Shown one piece after another: positions 24,755 to 37,924 of a stretch of DNA of 64,000 nucleotides. The position numbers and the translations under genes were made by a program. Origin of the DNA: Podarcis muralis (taxonomy: Eukaryota); contig NC_135662.1 in the NCBI RefSeq assembly GCF_964188315.1, positions 41,726,001 to 41,790,000 of the forward strand, in the 5' to 3' direction. The first letter of the stretch is position 1; every line of letters starts with the position of its first letter. Below the pieces are notes generated by a model. That model was given only the letters and a program-made list of their open reading frames with translations, searched no databases and was not told the origin of the DNA.

Positions 24755-26186
24755 AACGTTTCTTGTCTGCAAGAGGGTGAGGAGGCCCTTGCTCGCCTCA
24801 GAAAATTGAATTCTGATGGTCAGAGGGTGGGCTGTCTGAAGTACCTTGTTGTCACCCCTTGTGGGGGGTGTCCAGAGGTTGGGATTTCAAGTGGGGGGGG
24901 GCAAGTCTTATCTGGGGGGAAATGAAGCCTTTAATTGTGCATAGTGATATAATATGCTTGGCTGGAGGCTGCTGCTAAGGATAGTCCAGATTTGTTAGTT
25001 TTCCTCTTGCTAGTTTGGTGTGAGCAGTAGTGCAGCTAGGTAATTTTAGGTCCTGTGTTGGGTAGTTTCGTGAGAGGGGCCCCATTAGACAGCCATGTGT
25101 ATTTCAGTTGTGAAGCATACAACTAAAATTTCTCTCCTCCTGCTGCTCCACTACCACCCATTGCTTTACAATAGCTTCTACAATCCTGATTATGTTAAAA
25201 CAAAAACAAAAGGTATTTATCAGCTCTGATTAAAAATAAAAATATTCTGAGTATGCTTTGTTTTCACATTTTGAACTCAATTAAATCGTAGCTCCACTAT
25301 GCTTACAAGAATAAAATGGGCCTTGCTTCTGCTGCGCTGATACTAAACACATTTACTTGAAAATAAACACCATTTATTGGGGGGGGATATATTCCTGAAG
25401 TAAAATGAATAATAAAATGAACATATGTAACCATATAAAATTCTGGCCAGCTGTCCCCTAATTAATAAGAAAGAAAGGATTCTGCAGCAGCCAGAGTTGG
25501 CCCCAGAGGACACCAGTATCCTCGTGCCAACCTAGGAGCTGATGCCAGACCTGTTGCCACTGCCCCCATCATCTGTTGCTCTCTGGAAGTAATTTGAGAA
25601 GCCCTTAAATCCTAGCTGCCCGCTGGACACGAGCAAACTCTCTTATTGTTAGGCCTCTTAATGTGAACTGCTAAATGAATTGCTTAATAGGAGTATAGTG
25701 CTACTGGATATTATTAACAGATCTGTTGGTATGTTTCATGCTCATTTAAACCTTTTATATGTTGAAATGTCTGTGGTATATTATAGTGTATTGCTTTCAT
25801 TTGGCATGGCTATGGTGTTTGTTGTATTCAGGTTATCATCTGTGAACTGCTTTGCACACAATGTATTTGTAGAAAACGTGGTAGATAAATAAAATTTGAC
25901 TGTAATCAAATAATTCAATTTTATACTTCGTAATACATTTTGTAAAGTGTACCTTAGATTCAGCTACACCTATTTGTGAAATTCATTTTAGCTACATGAT
26001 GGACAAGGAACAGAACAACAGGGAAAAATAAAATAGATAAGTATGTGGCAGAAGATTGCCAAAATACTTCAGTGTGAAGTGCCAGGTACTTAGAAATATT
26101 GTAGGAAAGCTTCTTGGTTGATAACTGTGCATGTGTGAGTATTGGACTGTGGATTTTCAGCAATTAACCATGTAATAATATATATA

Positions 26187-26445
26187 AGAGAGCCAGTGTG
26201 GTGTAGTGGTTAAGAGCGGTAGTCTCGTAATCTGGGGAACCGGGTTCGCGTCTCCGCTCCTCCACATGCAGCTGCAGGGCGACCATGGGCTAGTCACACT
26301 TCTTTGAAGTCTCTCAGCCCCACTTACCCCACAGAGTGTTTGTTGTGGGGGAGGAAGGGAATGGAGAATGTTAGCCGCTTTGAGACTCCTTAAAGGGAGT
26401 GAAAGGCGAGATATCAAATCCAAACTCTTCTTCTTTTTCTTCTAT
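26187..26445 (+). mobile_element. Young tRNA-derived MIR/CORE-like SINE with (TTC)n tail
   Basis: gccagtgtggtgtagtggttaagagc A-box; ccgggttcg B-box; 3' agccgctttgag...aaaggcgagatatc stem-loop; CpGs retained. Confidence 0.85.
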
Positions 26446-26617
26446 AATTGTTTAAATCTATGCTTTCTGTCTTGAACCCTTATCAGCTGAAGTCTTATCA
26501 ACTGAAATAAATAGCTGCTATGGTCTGCATGTTTTAACTGAATGCTATAAATTCGCTGACTAACAATGCAACCCAAAGCATGATTCACTGGGATTACTCC
26601 CACGTAACAGAGCAATC

Positions 26618-26971
26618 GGGGACGCGGGTGGCGCTGTGGTCTACACAGAGTCTAGGGCTTGCCGATCAGAAGGTTGGCGGTTCAAATCCCTGCGACAGGG
26701 TGAGCTCCTGTTCAGTTCCAGCTCCTGCCCACCTAGCAGTTCAAAAGCACATCAAAGTGCATGTAGATAAATAGGTACCGCACCAGCGGGAAGGTAAACA
26801 GCGTTTCCATGCACTGCTGAGGTTCACCAGAAGTGGCTTAGTCATGCTGGCCACATGACCCAGAAGCTGTCTGCGGACAAACGCCAGCTCCCTCAGCCTA
26901 TAGAGCGAGATGACTACGCAACCCCAGAGTCATCTGCGACTGGACCTAACTGTCAGGGGTACCCTTACCTT
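26618..26971 (+). mobile_element. Full-length Sauria SINE with 13-bp TSD
   Basis: ggggacgcgggtggcgctgtggt head, ACCTTT tail, TSD TAACAGAGCAATC at 26605-26617 and 26972-26984. Confidence 0.95.
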
Positions 26972-28628
26972 TAACAGAGCAATCAACCCCCAAATGGTGG
27001 TGTCCCTCTGCCCAGTTCCATTGGGCTACACCAGACTTTGCCTGCAGGAGGCTTCAACTGCCACAAAGGTCCCTGCAGAGCCTGCTGAAAGTGTGGGAAG
27101 GTGGAAACTAATGCTGATGGCATCCCCATCAGTGGTTACCAGCAGAACGCCCCATGGGGTATTTTGTTGCAAGGAGCACAACTGGGCCGGATGATCATAA
27201 GGCATTCCAGCCACTGGTGATGTGCCCAATCCAAGTTTCTCAGGTGTACCAGCCTGGAGCTCGTGCACAAAATATGGGACACACACATACAAACCCCTTC
27301 CTTGCACCGTGGCCAGTGTAAGTAGTGATGGTTCAGATGTGGCCGTGACTCTGCCATTCCACCCTGCTGCTCCCAGCCAAAATTAGGATTACTTCCTAAT
27401 ATGGTATAGGGATGCATCCTAAGGCTTTGTTGACATGTATAAGATTGATAACTTCTTAAAATACAACCCTAGTCAACAACTGATTATGGTAGAAGGCCAC
27501 ATTGTGAAAGGATAGAAAGGATGTTGGGCCAAATCTCCAAATTCCATTCCCTCAGATATTGCCAAACCCTATTGCTACATTCCTCCACACCCATTTTTTC
27601 CTCTTGTTTCAATGTGAGGACAAAACTGTTCCCTTTAGAACACAGACTTGGCCCAAGGGCCTCATTGGTAATTACTCATCAGTAATCCTCAAGGATTACT
27701 AGTTGGTAATCCTTGAAATACAGTATTGTAATAAAAAGTACAACATGACTTCCTATCATATCATTTTATTTTATTTTATTCATCTAACTAAAAACAATAA
27801 ATGTGCTTGGTGCTTGTTTGTTCTTTATTGTTTTATTTGTCCCCAGATTATGACTATACTGTATTAGGCAGGATTTACCTAACCAGCCCTGTCAATGGAA
27901 GCCTTGCCCAAGGACTTCTTCTTGCGCAATGGGGCTTCCCCTCTTCTATTTCTCTGTGCACCTCTACTCTGAAATTGTCTCTGGGAGGTCAGGAGAACCC
28001 CCTGAACAGCATGAGTGAAGGGGAGAGGCAGTATTTTTCCACCTGGCAAGCTGAAATGCTTGTGCAGATGGAATAGTTGTAAGAACATGGCATTGAATTC
28101 AACTCAATATGTTTTTAGAAATTTACATTAGGAATTGCATTCACCTAGAAACCGAAATATGGCTGGTTACGATTCCAGCAAGCTGATATTATATATGACC
28201 AGAAACTCTATCACTATGGATTTATTTAGCTTTAAAATAAGAGTTTTCGGTTTGGAAAAGAATGTAATCTATTAGAAGGGAACATTTATAAAATGAGATT
28301 AATCCATGATCTTCTGTCAGTGCTATACAACCTACAGATTAGCATGAAAATAGAATTGTGATCTACTATACGAGCTTGTCAGAAGGAAGGAAGCACTAGT
28401 GTCAGGGGGAAATTGTGTTTTAGAAAAATGCAAAACGAGGATATATTAAGGGAAGATTGGAAGCAATCACAAAAAAACCATCAGAGTTTTAAGAATATTC
28501 AGAAGGCCATATGGAAAGACGGAGGATATGAGTATGTAGAGTAATGAACTATCTAAATGTTTAGAAGCATAAAAGCTAAGAATGACCAAGCAATGTATTT
28601 CTGTAGCAATGTATTTCAAACCAAAAGC

Positions 28629-28715
28629 TGCATTACCAGTGATGGCTGGTGCCCATTGAGACCGGTAGGGCAGAAGACAAGGATATCAACAGTAGGTGGA
28701 GCCAGAGCCAATGAC
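28629..28715. repeat. Probable MITE/hAT terminal fragment
   Basis: cagtgatggctggtgcccatt...gtaggtggagccagagccaatgacagg resembles a CAGTGGCGG-type lizard repeat as I recall it; other end not found. Confidence 0.35.
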
Positions 28716-29421
28716 AGGCAAAGAAAACCACTTCCCATTCTCCTCTCGGATGAGTTCTGTAAGGGTATCACTGTGACGGAGGACATGAGTAATGTGCTGT
28801 TTCCTCCTCCTTCCACAGCCTACCTGAATTCTAAGTTTGAAGGAAGAACCCTTTTGACACAGGAGTTCCATTAAGACAGTCCACCTGCTGCCAGGTTTAT
28901 ACACCTATGTTGAGTGGTGGAGGAAGTAGGTGAAACTGCTTAATTGACTCTGAGGATGACAACCCTTCAATGCCATTATCCTCATCTACTTCCTAAACCT
29001 CCAGCCTTCCTAAATACTTCTTAAACCCAGGGACGTCAATAATATCTGGGCTACACTCTGAGTAAGCACCAGACTGAAGGAACTACCGTAGGTTTGAATT
29101 AAAAGGGGTGAAATAGCACTATTAGCTATTATTAATGGAATATCTCTGCATCATCCTACCCAGCAGCCCAATATGTGTTGAACAGAAGAGGTATGGATAG
29201 GACACTCACAGGAAAGTTCCCAGAAAGGCCATAGATACCCACCCATAAATAACTTCTCAGTTGTGTCTGACAAGAACATGTGAGGCAATTCAAGAATAGT
29301 CTTATGAATGCCTGCCAGATCCCACAGATATTGTACCAAAACCTCATGATCAGCTACACTGAAGCCTGTAGAAGGGTTTAACTGGACTTATTCTTGTTGA
29401 TCTTCATTTACACACTAAGTT

Positions 29422-29423
<2 letters not shown>

Positions 29424-29467
<44 letters not shown>
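29424..29467. repeat. (TAA)n microsatellite at L2 tail
   Basis: Direct reading. Confidence 0.95.
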
Positions 29468-30425
29468 GTTTGTTTGTTTATACCCTGCCCATCTGGCTTT
29501 GTTTCCCCAGCCACTCTGGGCGGCTCCCAACCAAATATTAAAACACAATACAGCATTAAACATTAAAAACTTCCCTAAACAGGGCTGCCTTCAGATGTCT
29601 TTTAAAAGCAAGATGGTTGCTTATTACCTTGACATCTGATGGGAGGGCAGGCCCCACTAATGAGAAGGCCCTCTGTCTAGTTCCCTGTAACCTCACTTCT
29701 CGCAATGAGGGAACCGCCAGAAGGCCCTCAGCGTTGGATCTCAGTGTCTGGGCTGAACGATGGGTGTGGAGCCACTCCTTCAGGTATACAGGACTGAGGC
29801 CGCTTAGGTCTTTAAAGGTCAGCACCAACACTTTGAATTGTGCTCGAAAACTTACTGAGAGCCAATGCAGATCTCTCAGGACCGGTGTTATATGGTCCCG
29901 GCGGCCACTCCCAGTCACCAGTCTAGCTGCCGCATTCTGGATTAATTGCAGTTTCCGAGTCACCTTCAAAGGTAGCGCCACATAGAGCGCATTGCAGTAG
30001 TCCAAGCGGGAGATAACTAGAGCATGCACCACTCTGACGAGACAGTCTGCGGGCAGGTAGGGTCTCAGCCTGCGTACCAGGTGGAGCTGGTAGACAGTGG
30101 TGAAGCTGCTTGCTCTGCTACCAGGGGCAGAGAGCAGGCGGGGTGGGGCTGGCGCCCCCGGGGGCGTGACATGCGCCCGGGGTGTGTGATGCGCATTCCG
30201 GGGGCGTGGTACGCTGCCCGCAGGGGCATGGCGTGCATTCTGGGGGCGTAACACACTGTGGGGGCGTGACACCTGGCGCGTGGGGGGGTAGGCAATGCGT
30301 GTCCAGGAGGGCTGCCGCAATGGCACCGAGGCGGTCTGCTCCCTCCGCACTCCCATTCCTCTGCCAGTGCTGGTAGACAGCTGCCCTGGACACAGAACTG
30401 ACCTGCTCTTTCATGGACAGCTGTG
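29468..30425 (-). mobile_element. L2-clade LINE 3' fragment interrupted by a hAT MITE
   Basis: YQLHLVRRLRPYL...ISRLDYCNALY...LQLIQNAAARLVTG...HITPVLRDLHWL...AFKRHLKAALF: typical L2 ORF2 C-terminus with 3' UTR and tail. Confidence 0.93.
30095..30369. mobile_element. GC-rich hAT-type MITE nested in L2, 275 bp
   Basis: 8-bp TSD CTGGTAGA (30087-30094, 30370-30377); decayed TIRs CAGTGGTGAAG / CTCTGCCAGTG; internal GGGGGCGTG repeats; the L2 sequence is continuous once it is removed (compare 15264-15295). Confidence 0.85.
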
Positions 30426-30589
30426 CAATCCTAGTGTCATGCCTGGTTGAAAAGTAGAACTGCAAGAGTCTCAGTGTGGAAAGGAGGGCCGAGGAAATGT
30501 CTCTATGTAAGGAAACACTATTATGGTTTTCTTGACCTCTTTCTTTCTGTCATAATACCAAGTCTGGGATCCCTACAGTTGGAACAGAT

Positions 30590-30751
30590 CAGTGGTGGAC
30601 CTTGCGGTCTCAAATTTCAGTGGCAGCCTGCACAACACCAAAATTCAGTGCTCCCTCCTCTTGCCTTCCATTTTACATCATAGTTGCAACACCCCCAAGG
30701 CTCCGCACCCAGTGCAACCAAACTTGTTGCAATCCCCTAAATCCGTCCCTG
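30590..30751. mobile_element. Old hAT-type MITE, ~162 bp
   Basis: CAGTGGTGGA...TCCGTCCCTG ends with AACAGAT repeated on both sides (30583-30589, 30752-30758). Confidence 0.6.
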
Positions 30752-31899
30752 AACAGATGTTAGAGTGAACATCAAATAAGTTTGGGAATGCACAAAACTG
30801 AGAATTCTTGGGAACTGGATATCAATATTAAAGGCTTCTTAGTCATTGTGTCTTTTTGCCAGATTTGGAGTTTGGACAGATATCATAATAATGAACCAAA
30901 TTAACTCCACAAGAAATCATTCAAGGGAGGATGTGCATTTGTATACATGTAGGATGTACACATGTGGCTTTTTGTGTATGTAGTTACGTACCTCTGTTCT
31001 GTTTGTCTATAAAATAGAAGTAAATTATTGTTGTTTAGCTGTCAATTTAATATCTGTGAATATATACATCATTGTTTTTAAGACATAATTTTGCTAAATT
31101 TAACCTCCCTTGTTAATATAATTGTAATACCTGAGTAGACGGTGTCTTGCGTGCTTTGGTGTGATTTTGATAATATTGAATACCATATTTGTTCAACTAA
31201 TTACTACAATATCTTATTGATTTTCAACATCCTGCTTTATTTCTAGCACATTTTGATTTTGTAAATGGTACACATCCCTAAAATTAGATACCACAGTGCA
31301 TTAAATTATAATTTCTTTTCTACTGTGAGATGTTTATCATTTTGATTTTGGAAGTACTTGTACCTCACAATAAGAATAGATTAAATAGATGATTGCTCTC
31401 CATTGCAGACTAATTAGCTGACCGTGACAAAGAAATCTGCTGAATTTTCATCGGAGGAATGAATATAAATGAAATTAAATTTGTCACTGGTTTAAATTGT
31501 ATTATTCATCTGTGTTCTATTTTCATTCTGTCCTAATCCAGGGATAAGAGATAGAATCCTGATTTTTCTCTGATATTTCATTATTGTAAAATTGAGATGT
31601 AAGGCACACTTACTTTCTGACCCACTTAGCATTTTAGCGAGTAAAAAAAAAAGGAGTGTATTGTCATCACTGCACATATTGGGATTCCTAACTCTACCTA
31701 GGCTCCACCTAGGCTGCAGGACTGATAAACAGCTATTCATTAGCTACACTTGGTCCCCACTGTTACTTATCGTTTTATTCTCTCTTGTTTTCAGGTTCCC
31801 AAAGATCTGGGGCTGAATGGAAGTTTCAGTGTCATTACATTACTCATTCATTACATACTAAAAGACTACACTTCACACATGAAGCATCTCAGTGCATGT

Positions 31900-32065
31900 T
31901 TTATGCCAGTACTAGAGCACTTGCTTGGTGTGCAAAAGTCCATGTTCAGTTCCTGGCCTATCTTGTTTGGACTAGAAAAAGTTCCAGTCCAAAACTGTGA
32001 GGAGGCACAGCCAGTTAATGTAGTCAATATTGAGCTAGATTGGCCAACTAACATGAAATATATTC
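31900..32065 (+). mobile_element. Old Squam3-like SINE
   Basis: tagagcacttgcttggtgtgcaaaagtccatgttcagttcctggc ... cagccagttaatgtagtcaatattgagctagattgg. Confidence 0.55.
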
Positions 32066-33110
32066 CTTATCTGTTGCTGGGCGCACTAGTTATTTTTGCA
32101 GATCCATGTATATTTCAGTGCCTACAGCTATAGGATAAGTCTTTATAAGAGATACATTTTTAATAATAGTAGCTGGATTTGACAACAAACTATATTCAAG
32201 CAAATTTTGTGTACCAACTCTCTTAATCTTTACAAAATTTTATCGGAGATAGAACGTGATAATAATGATAAACAAGAAGGAGACTTGAATAGGACATTTG
32301 CTAGCAAATATATATTTGCAAGACAGAACAAGGCTCTTCTGCTTATGTTAATTTTAGAGCGGATTCCAACTCAGGTTTCTTTAAAGTCTTAGTAAATAGA
32401 TGTATCATGGTCCAAACTATTGCTGGCAAAGAGCTGGGGGGAATAAGCAGATTCCAGGTAACACAGGGACATTAATTAATTAACCAGTCTAATATTTGCA
32501 ACCATCCTCTCACTTCCTTATTATTCACAATATTTAATTATTTCAGATATTCCATGGAAACAATAATGCCCTTATGTAAGTGACCTGCCTTTGACAAGTG
32601 TTATGAGCCCCATTGGACACCCAGTGCCTGAGTGTAGGTGGGAATGAACACATGGAGGAGAGAACTGAGGGAGAAAATACCTTTGGCTTTGCCCCCTTGG
32701 TCGCCCTTTTCTTGCATGTAACCACATTCCTTATGACGTTACATATGAAATTTCTGAATCCACCAAAGGGGGTGGAAAGCTCTTAGAACTGTATTTGTTT
32801 TTTATATAAATTCCAGTGAACTAAACATGGGATTTTCAACAAGGAAGTGTAGCTGGTCATGGGGCAAGTCAAAACTGGTCACCTTACTTTCTAGGAGTAC
32901 CTTCAGTCACTTTCTTACTGTGCTCTTAACAATTTAGACATTTCTGATTCAAGTAAAACCTAATCAGCAGTACTTTCAACCCACACAGTGTGGGCAGTGT
33001 GAGGAACAGTACCACATTTAGGATGGTGTGAGCAGTTCCCTCACACAGTGTGCCAAGCCAAAGGGGCACAAAGTAGTAGTAGTGGTAGTAGTTGTTGTAG
33101 TAGTAGTAAT

Positions 33111-33617
33111 GTTGTTGTTGTTGTTTAGTCGTTTAGTTGTGTCTAACTCTTCATGACCCCATGGACCAGAGCACGCCAGGCACTCCTGTCTTCCACTGCC
33201 TCCCGCAGTTTGGTCAAACTCATGCTGGTAGCTTTGAGAAAACTGTCCAACCATCTCGTCCTCTGTCATCCCCTTCTCCTTATGCCCTCAATCTTTCCCA
33301 ACATCAGGGTCTTTTCCAGGGAGTCTTCTCTTCTCATGAGGTGGCCAAAGTATTGGAGTCTCAGCTTCAGGATCTGACCTTCCAGTGAGCACTCAGGGCT
33401 GATTTCCTTAAGAATGGATAGGTTTGATCTTCTTGCAGTCCATGGGACTCTCAAGAGTCTCCTCCAGCACCATAATTCAAAAGCATCAATTCTTCAGCGA
33501 TCAGCCTTCTTTATGGTCCAGCTCTCACTTCCATACACCACTACTGGGAAAACCATAGCTTTAACTATACGGACCTTTGTTGGCAAGGTGATGTCTCTGC
33601 TTTTTAAGATGCTGTCA
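33111..33617 (-). mobile_element. BovB LINE 3' fragment; tail continues into an imperfect (GTA)n tract at 33072-33110
   Basis: MRVPWTARRSNLSILKEISPECSLEGQ...; (AAC)n tail. Confidence 0.95.
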
Positions 33618-34699
33618 TTGTAGTAATACCTATCTTTATACAGGTACCTACTGAGAAGATCCATAAAAAAGCAATTGTACCAAAATGATTTATTGTGAAA
33701 ATAAGAAGGGGGGGGGCACTAAATGTCCTTGCTCGGGGTGCAACATTTCCAAAGTCCACCCCGGTGAGGAATTCTTCTTCTTATCAAGTTAGCAGTCACC
33801 TTTTCATTTAAAGTTTAATATATGATTTTAAGAGCATTAAATCATATAATAAGAAACTGAATTTCTAGATCTTAAAGTATTTCTTCATGTGTTATAATTA
33901 TTTTATATTATTACACTTCTCAAAGCATTCTAAGTTCAACCACAGTTATGGAGACTAAACTGCTGTTTTCCCTCACTACTGCCATTGGCTTTTCATCATT
34001 ACAAAAGTATGTACAGGTTGCTGACAAAAGAGCTTTATTTAAATGAGCTGTAAAATCTTTAGCAACAATGCTAAGTGGAACAGGTTTAATAATAAAGAGA
34101 TATCTTTTTACCTATGCACTTGGAGTATTAGAAGATAAATATTAGCTACATTTTGCTCATAATTCTGCCATTCTTGCTTGCCTTGCCAAAACCTGTAGAG
34201 TTGTTTTGTCAGTGTTTGAGTTATAACAATGAATTGTACTGACACGGCTTATATCATTTACTTAGTATGCAACATCTCATTGCATTATTAAATTAATATG
34301 GCACATGTAGGATTATCTAATATGTTTAATTATTATTTTGGAGAGAAAAGGGCAGATTTAGAAAGATCAACATTTTCTGCATGGTTTTTTAACCCCTAAT
34401 TCTTCAACAATCCTCAACAGATTTGGTTTAAACGGAAACTAACATTAAAAATCTAACTCGATGCGCACACCTAAAAATGCTCTCTGGGCCTAGTCAATGA
34501 AAGCAAATGGTGCCAATTAGCTAAATGTTCTGTTGTGGAAAACGTCAACTTCCAATGTGGCAATTTCATAAAACTTGGCTAGAACAAGTAAAGGATATAT
34601 GATGGACCCAAGACCCAGGAAATAACATAAACATGGAGAGGAGGGAGAAATTATGAAGAAAAGATCATAAACTTTCTCTGAATACGGATATAAGACAGA

Positions 34700-35106
34700 A
34701 TTGTTTCAAAGATATGACATGTTTTTGTAAGTCTTCTGTAATTATCAGAGCCAATATGTTATTGGCTCAAAACTGGAAAGTTGCCATACTCCCTCCCTGG
34801 AAACAATGGCTTAACAAATTTTGGGATTTATCTATAACAGCAAAAATAATGACTTATCTTAGAGCAAGAATTGTTAATAAATATAGAAATAATTTCTGGA
34901 AAAACTGATTGCCCTTTATACAATATTATCAAGAAAATACAAAATACAAGTAGTTTTTGAATTTATTTATTTTTTGAAAATATATATTTTTGTCTTGATT
35001 CTTATTTATTTATTCTTATTTGTATTATAACATTATGATTTGAAGTAATGTTTTTTGATCAGAGTTTTGATTATTGGTAATAATTGTCAAATAATTCAAT
35101 AAATAA
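34700..35106 (+). mobile_element. Decayed L1-clade LINE ORF2 C-terminus and 3' UTR
   Basis: IIRANMLLAQNWK...WLNKFWDLSITAK...FWKN*LPFIQY resembles the squamate L1 ending TAAR.L.AQ.WK...W.PF..Y; A-rich end. Confidence 0.6.
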
Positions 35107-35136
35107 GCACAACAACTGGAAAAACCTAGAAGTAAG

Positions 35137-35450
35137 ATGTGGGTTGGCTTAGTGTTAAGTTTAAACTCTGTCTTGTGGTTTGTCTTGCCCCAAACAAACA
35201 CAAGATGTAACCATGGTTTGTTTGTTTTTTTATTTATTCTGATTTGTTTGTCGGTAACAAACCATGAGCCCAGGTTTGCATGTAATGCAAAGCCAAACTA
35301 TAGCTTAGCTCTGGGTTGCAGCAGCAGGGCCAGGAGACAAGCAAAAAACCGCACTTTTCTCCCTAGGCACCAGCACACTTGCCTGTTCACAGTAAAACCA
35401 TGGTTTGGCTTACCACTGCATGTGAATGAGGCCCATGTGAAATATTGAAA
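35137..35450. repeat. Old palindromic DNA-transposon relic
   Basis: Repeated AAACCATGGTTT/AAACCATGAG motifs and ...gcatgtgaatgaggccc end; no clean TIR/TSD. Confidence 0.35.
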
Positions 35451-37087
35451 TATTAATTTTCAGCATTATAGCTGGTATTTTGTATAGATTTTCAAAGATG
35501 GTATTGAAGACAGGGGAAATTATGTGTTTCTCAACTCCCTTGAGAAACAGAATGAAAATGAGATTTGGACACGGTACAATGTATTGGTCGCCAAAGAACG
35601 CTTCCTTTCTCTGATATAAAGACATTTTTATTCATGCGTTCATTGTGGTATTGATCTCAATAGGTTTGAAAACTTCCATAGATACATTATACCATTGTTT
35701 TAATGTGGTTGACAACCATGCTCAGAAAGGTTGTGTACTGACAATAGTGATTGACATTTTACTGAGAGTACTGTAGCATGACTAAATAGAAATGCAGCTT
35801 TAAAAACTCTTTGATATAATTGGTTCCCATTAGCCATTTTCTACATTAGCAGTGTTTTCCTCTCCTGCAACAAACAAATGTGGCCAGGATCCAACCAGTA
35901 TCTCCTGTGGATTTGGGCATGCCCAGTGATACTTTTTACTTCTTACTTTTCCTTGAACTGATAGATCCTTATACCATATTGCAAAATGCTCTTGAAAGTT
36001 TTCCTGTGTTTCAAATGTGACTCAGAAGTTTCACGTGTGGAAGTTGTTGTCCGAGCCCCTTTGGGCACATGGACTTAATTACTATCCTGGATATAGAGAG
36101 AGGGGATTAAATGTTAGCTATTAAGGTAATACGTTTGCATCCATTCATCTGAGCTGCATGTAAAACTACTGTGCCAGATTTTTTTATTTATTTCTTATTT
36201 ATTCCCAAATTTAGAAGAACTGTAATATAAACAGAAATTGGTTAATAATGTGTCTGCAATAGCTGTTACGTTTAAAACTCATTTAATATTCTTTGTCAAA
36301 GTGATTTTTGCATTTAGAAAGATATGTAAGAAAACCAGGGTAAGCCCACACTTGTGATTCTCTTTATACAGTATATTGTAACATCTGTGTAAATGTGCAT
36401 GTGCAGATATAGATATATAGATATGCTGGTGTCACATTCAGCTGCTGCCTTAACTGCAATTTAGTGCAGTTAGATGCTTTCATGTCACATGGTTATAGCT
36501 AGGTAGATTAATAGGGAGTTCTATCTGGAAATTTCTTTCCTGTTATTGTTCTCCCTCAGCTGCTGATGGTGAAGTTAATTCTCTTTAGTTTTGTCATGCT
36601 CTGGAGCACACATTGCCAAGCTATGATAAGCTTTACAAGGAAAAATGAGCCACAGTGTCCATCAAAGTCTTAAACTTGCATTTTAAACTTTGGCCTGACC
36701 TGATGTGCCATTCAAAATGCTTCAAAAGATTATTTTTTTAAGAAAGGTTCAANNNNNNNNNNNNNNNNNNNNNNNNNNNNNNNNNNNNNNNNNNNNNNNN
36801 NNNNNNNNNNNNNNNNNNNNNNNNNNNNNNNNNNNNNNNNNNNNNNNNNNNNNNNNNNNNNNNNNNNNNNNNNNNNNNNNNNNNNNNNNNNNNNNNNNNN
36901 NNNNNNNNNNNNNNNNNNNNNNNNNNNNNNNNNNNNNNNNNNNNNNNNNNNNNNNNNNNNNNNNNNNNNNNNNNNNNNNNNNNNNNNNNNNNNNNNNNNN
37001 NNNNNNNNNNNNNNNNNNNNNNNNNNNNNNNNNNNNNNNNNNNNNNNNNNNNNNNNNNNNCTTATTTTTTCCCCTTTCCTCTTTTAG

Positions 37088-37187
37088 CTCTCTCGGCTGC
37101 AAAGGAAGCTGCACAGGGTATTGGTGGAGTACTTCAAACAGCGAGCCGTCTATAGCCAAGCTGGGCTGGCGAAGTTCCAGGCAGCCT
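37088..37187 (+). CDS. CCDC178: CCDC178 penultimate coding exon; 3' part and donor hidden in N gap (expected end near 37222 if the exon is 135 nt as I recall for human)
   Basis: Long pyrimidine tract cttatttttcccctttcctcttttag|. Reads LSRLQRKLHRVLVEYFKQRAVYSQAGLAKFQAA, similar to recalled human LCQLQRRMHTLWQEHFKLVVLFSQMRLANFQTD. Confidence 0.88.
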
Positions 37188-37924
37188 NNNNNNNNNNNNN
37201 NNNNNNNNNNNNNNNNNNNNNNNNNNNNNNNNNNNNNNNNNNNNNNNNNNNNNNNNNNNNNNNNNNNNNNNNNNNNNNNNNNNNNNNNNNNNNNNNNNNN
37301 NNNNNNNNNNNNNNNNNNNNNNNNNNNNNNNNNNNNNNNNNNNNNNNNNNNNNNNNNNNNNNNNNNNATGAATCCAGTAGGCTAGCATATGTACCACAGA
37401 TAGATATTTTCTTTAAAAGAGAAAGTTGGATTTTGTTCTCGGAAGCCTTTACAATGATCATTATACAAATATATTTATTTTTAACCATTGAAAAACAGGC
37501 ATTAAGAGTGCAGCTAAAATATTTTAGAACACACTATAGCACATTCCTTTCTTTACCTCTTATTGACACAGAAAGCAACACTTTTGATTTTTCACATTTT
37601 ATTCCTCTAAAGAAAAAGAAGCTAAAGATCATCACTTTACATATTCTGAGGGGTAATGACATAACAGGAATTAAGGAATCCTGGTGTCATGGACACAAGG
37701 CCCAATCTGATTAAGCCAACATTATTCTTACCTTCAGACCCAGACCTGGACACCTCACAATAAGAGCCAAACTAAATGTGACAGACTGCCATGTGTAGTC
37801 CCTCCCTTTTTCCCTTCACAGAATGTGGGCATAGAAATAAGGGGACTTATTAACATTTCTCCCTCTAGCAGATTTTCCAATAACAGTTGTTCCCTCCCAA
37901 ACTGCTTTCTCTCCAATCACCCAC

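Noticed and set aside
24850-25121. Possible solo LTR (TGT...ACA ends, minus-strand TATA-like and ATTAAA motifs)
   Set aside because: No matching target-site duplication, no PBS/PPT, and the TATA-to-polyA spacing is implausibly short.
23700-26260. tRNA-like heads as tRNA genes
   Set aside because: They continue into SINE bodies and tails and do not form complete cloverleafs.
29556-30356. 266-aa ORF as a host gene
   Set aside because: Chimera of a MITE minisatellite and L2 ORF2.
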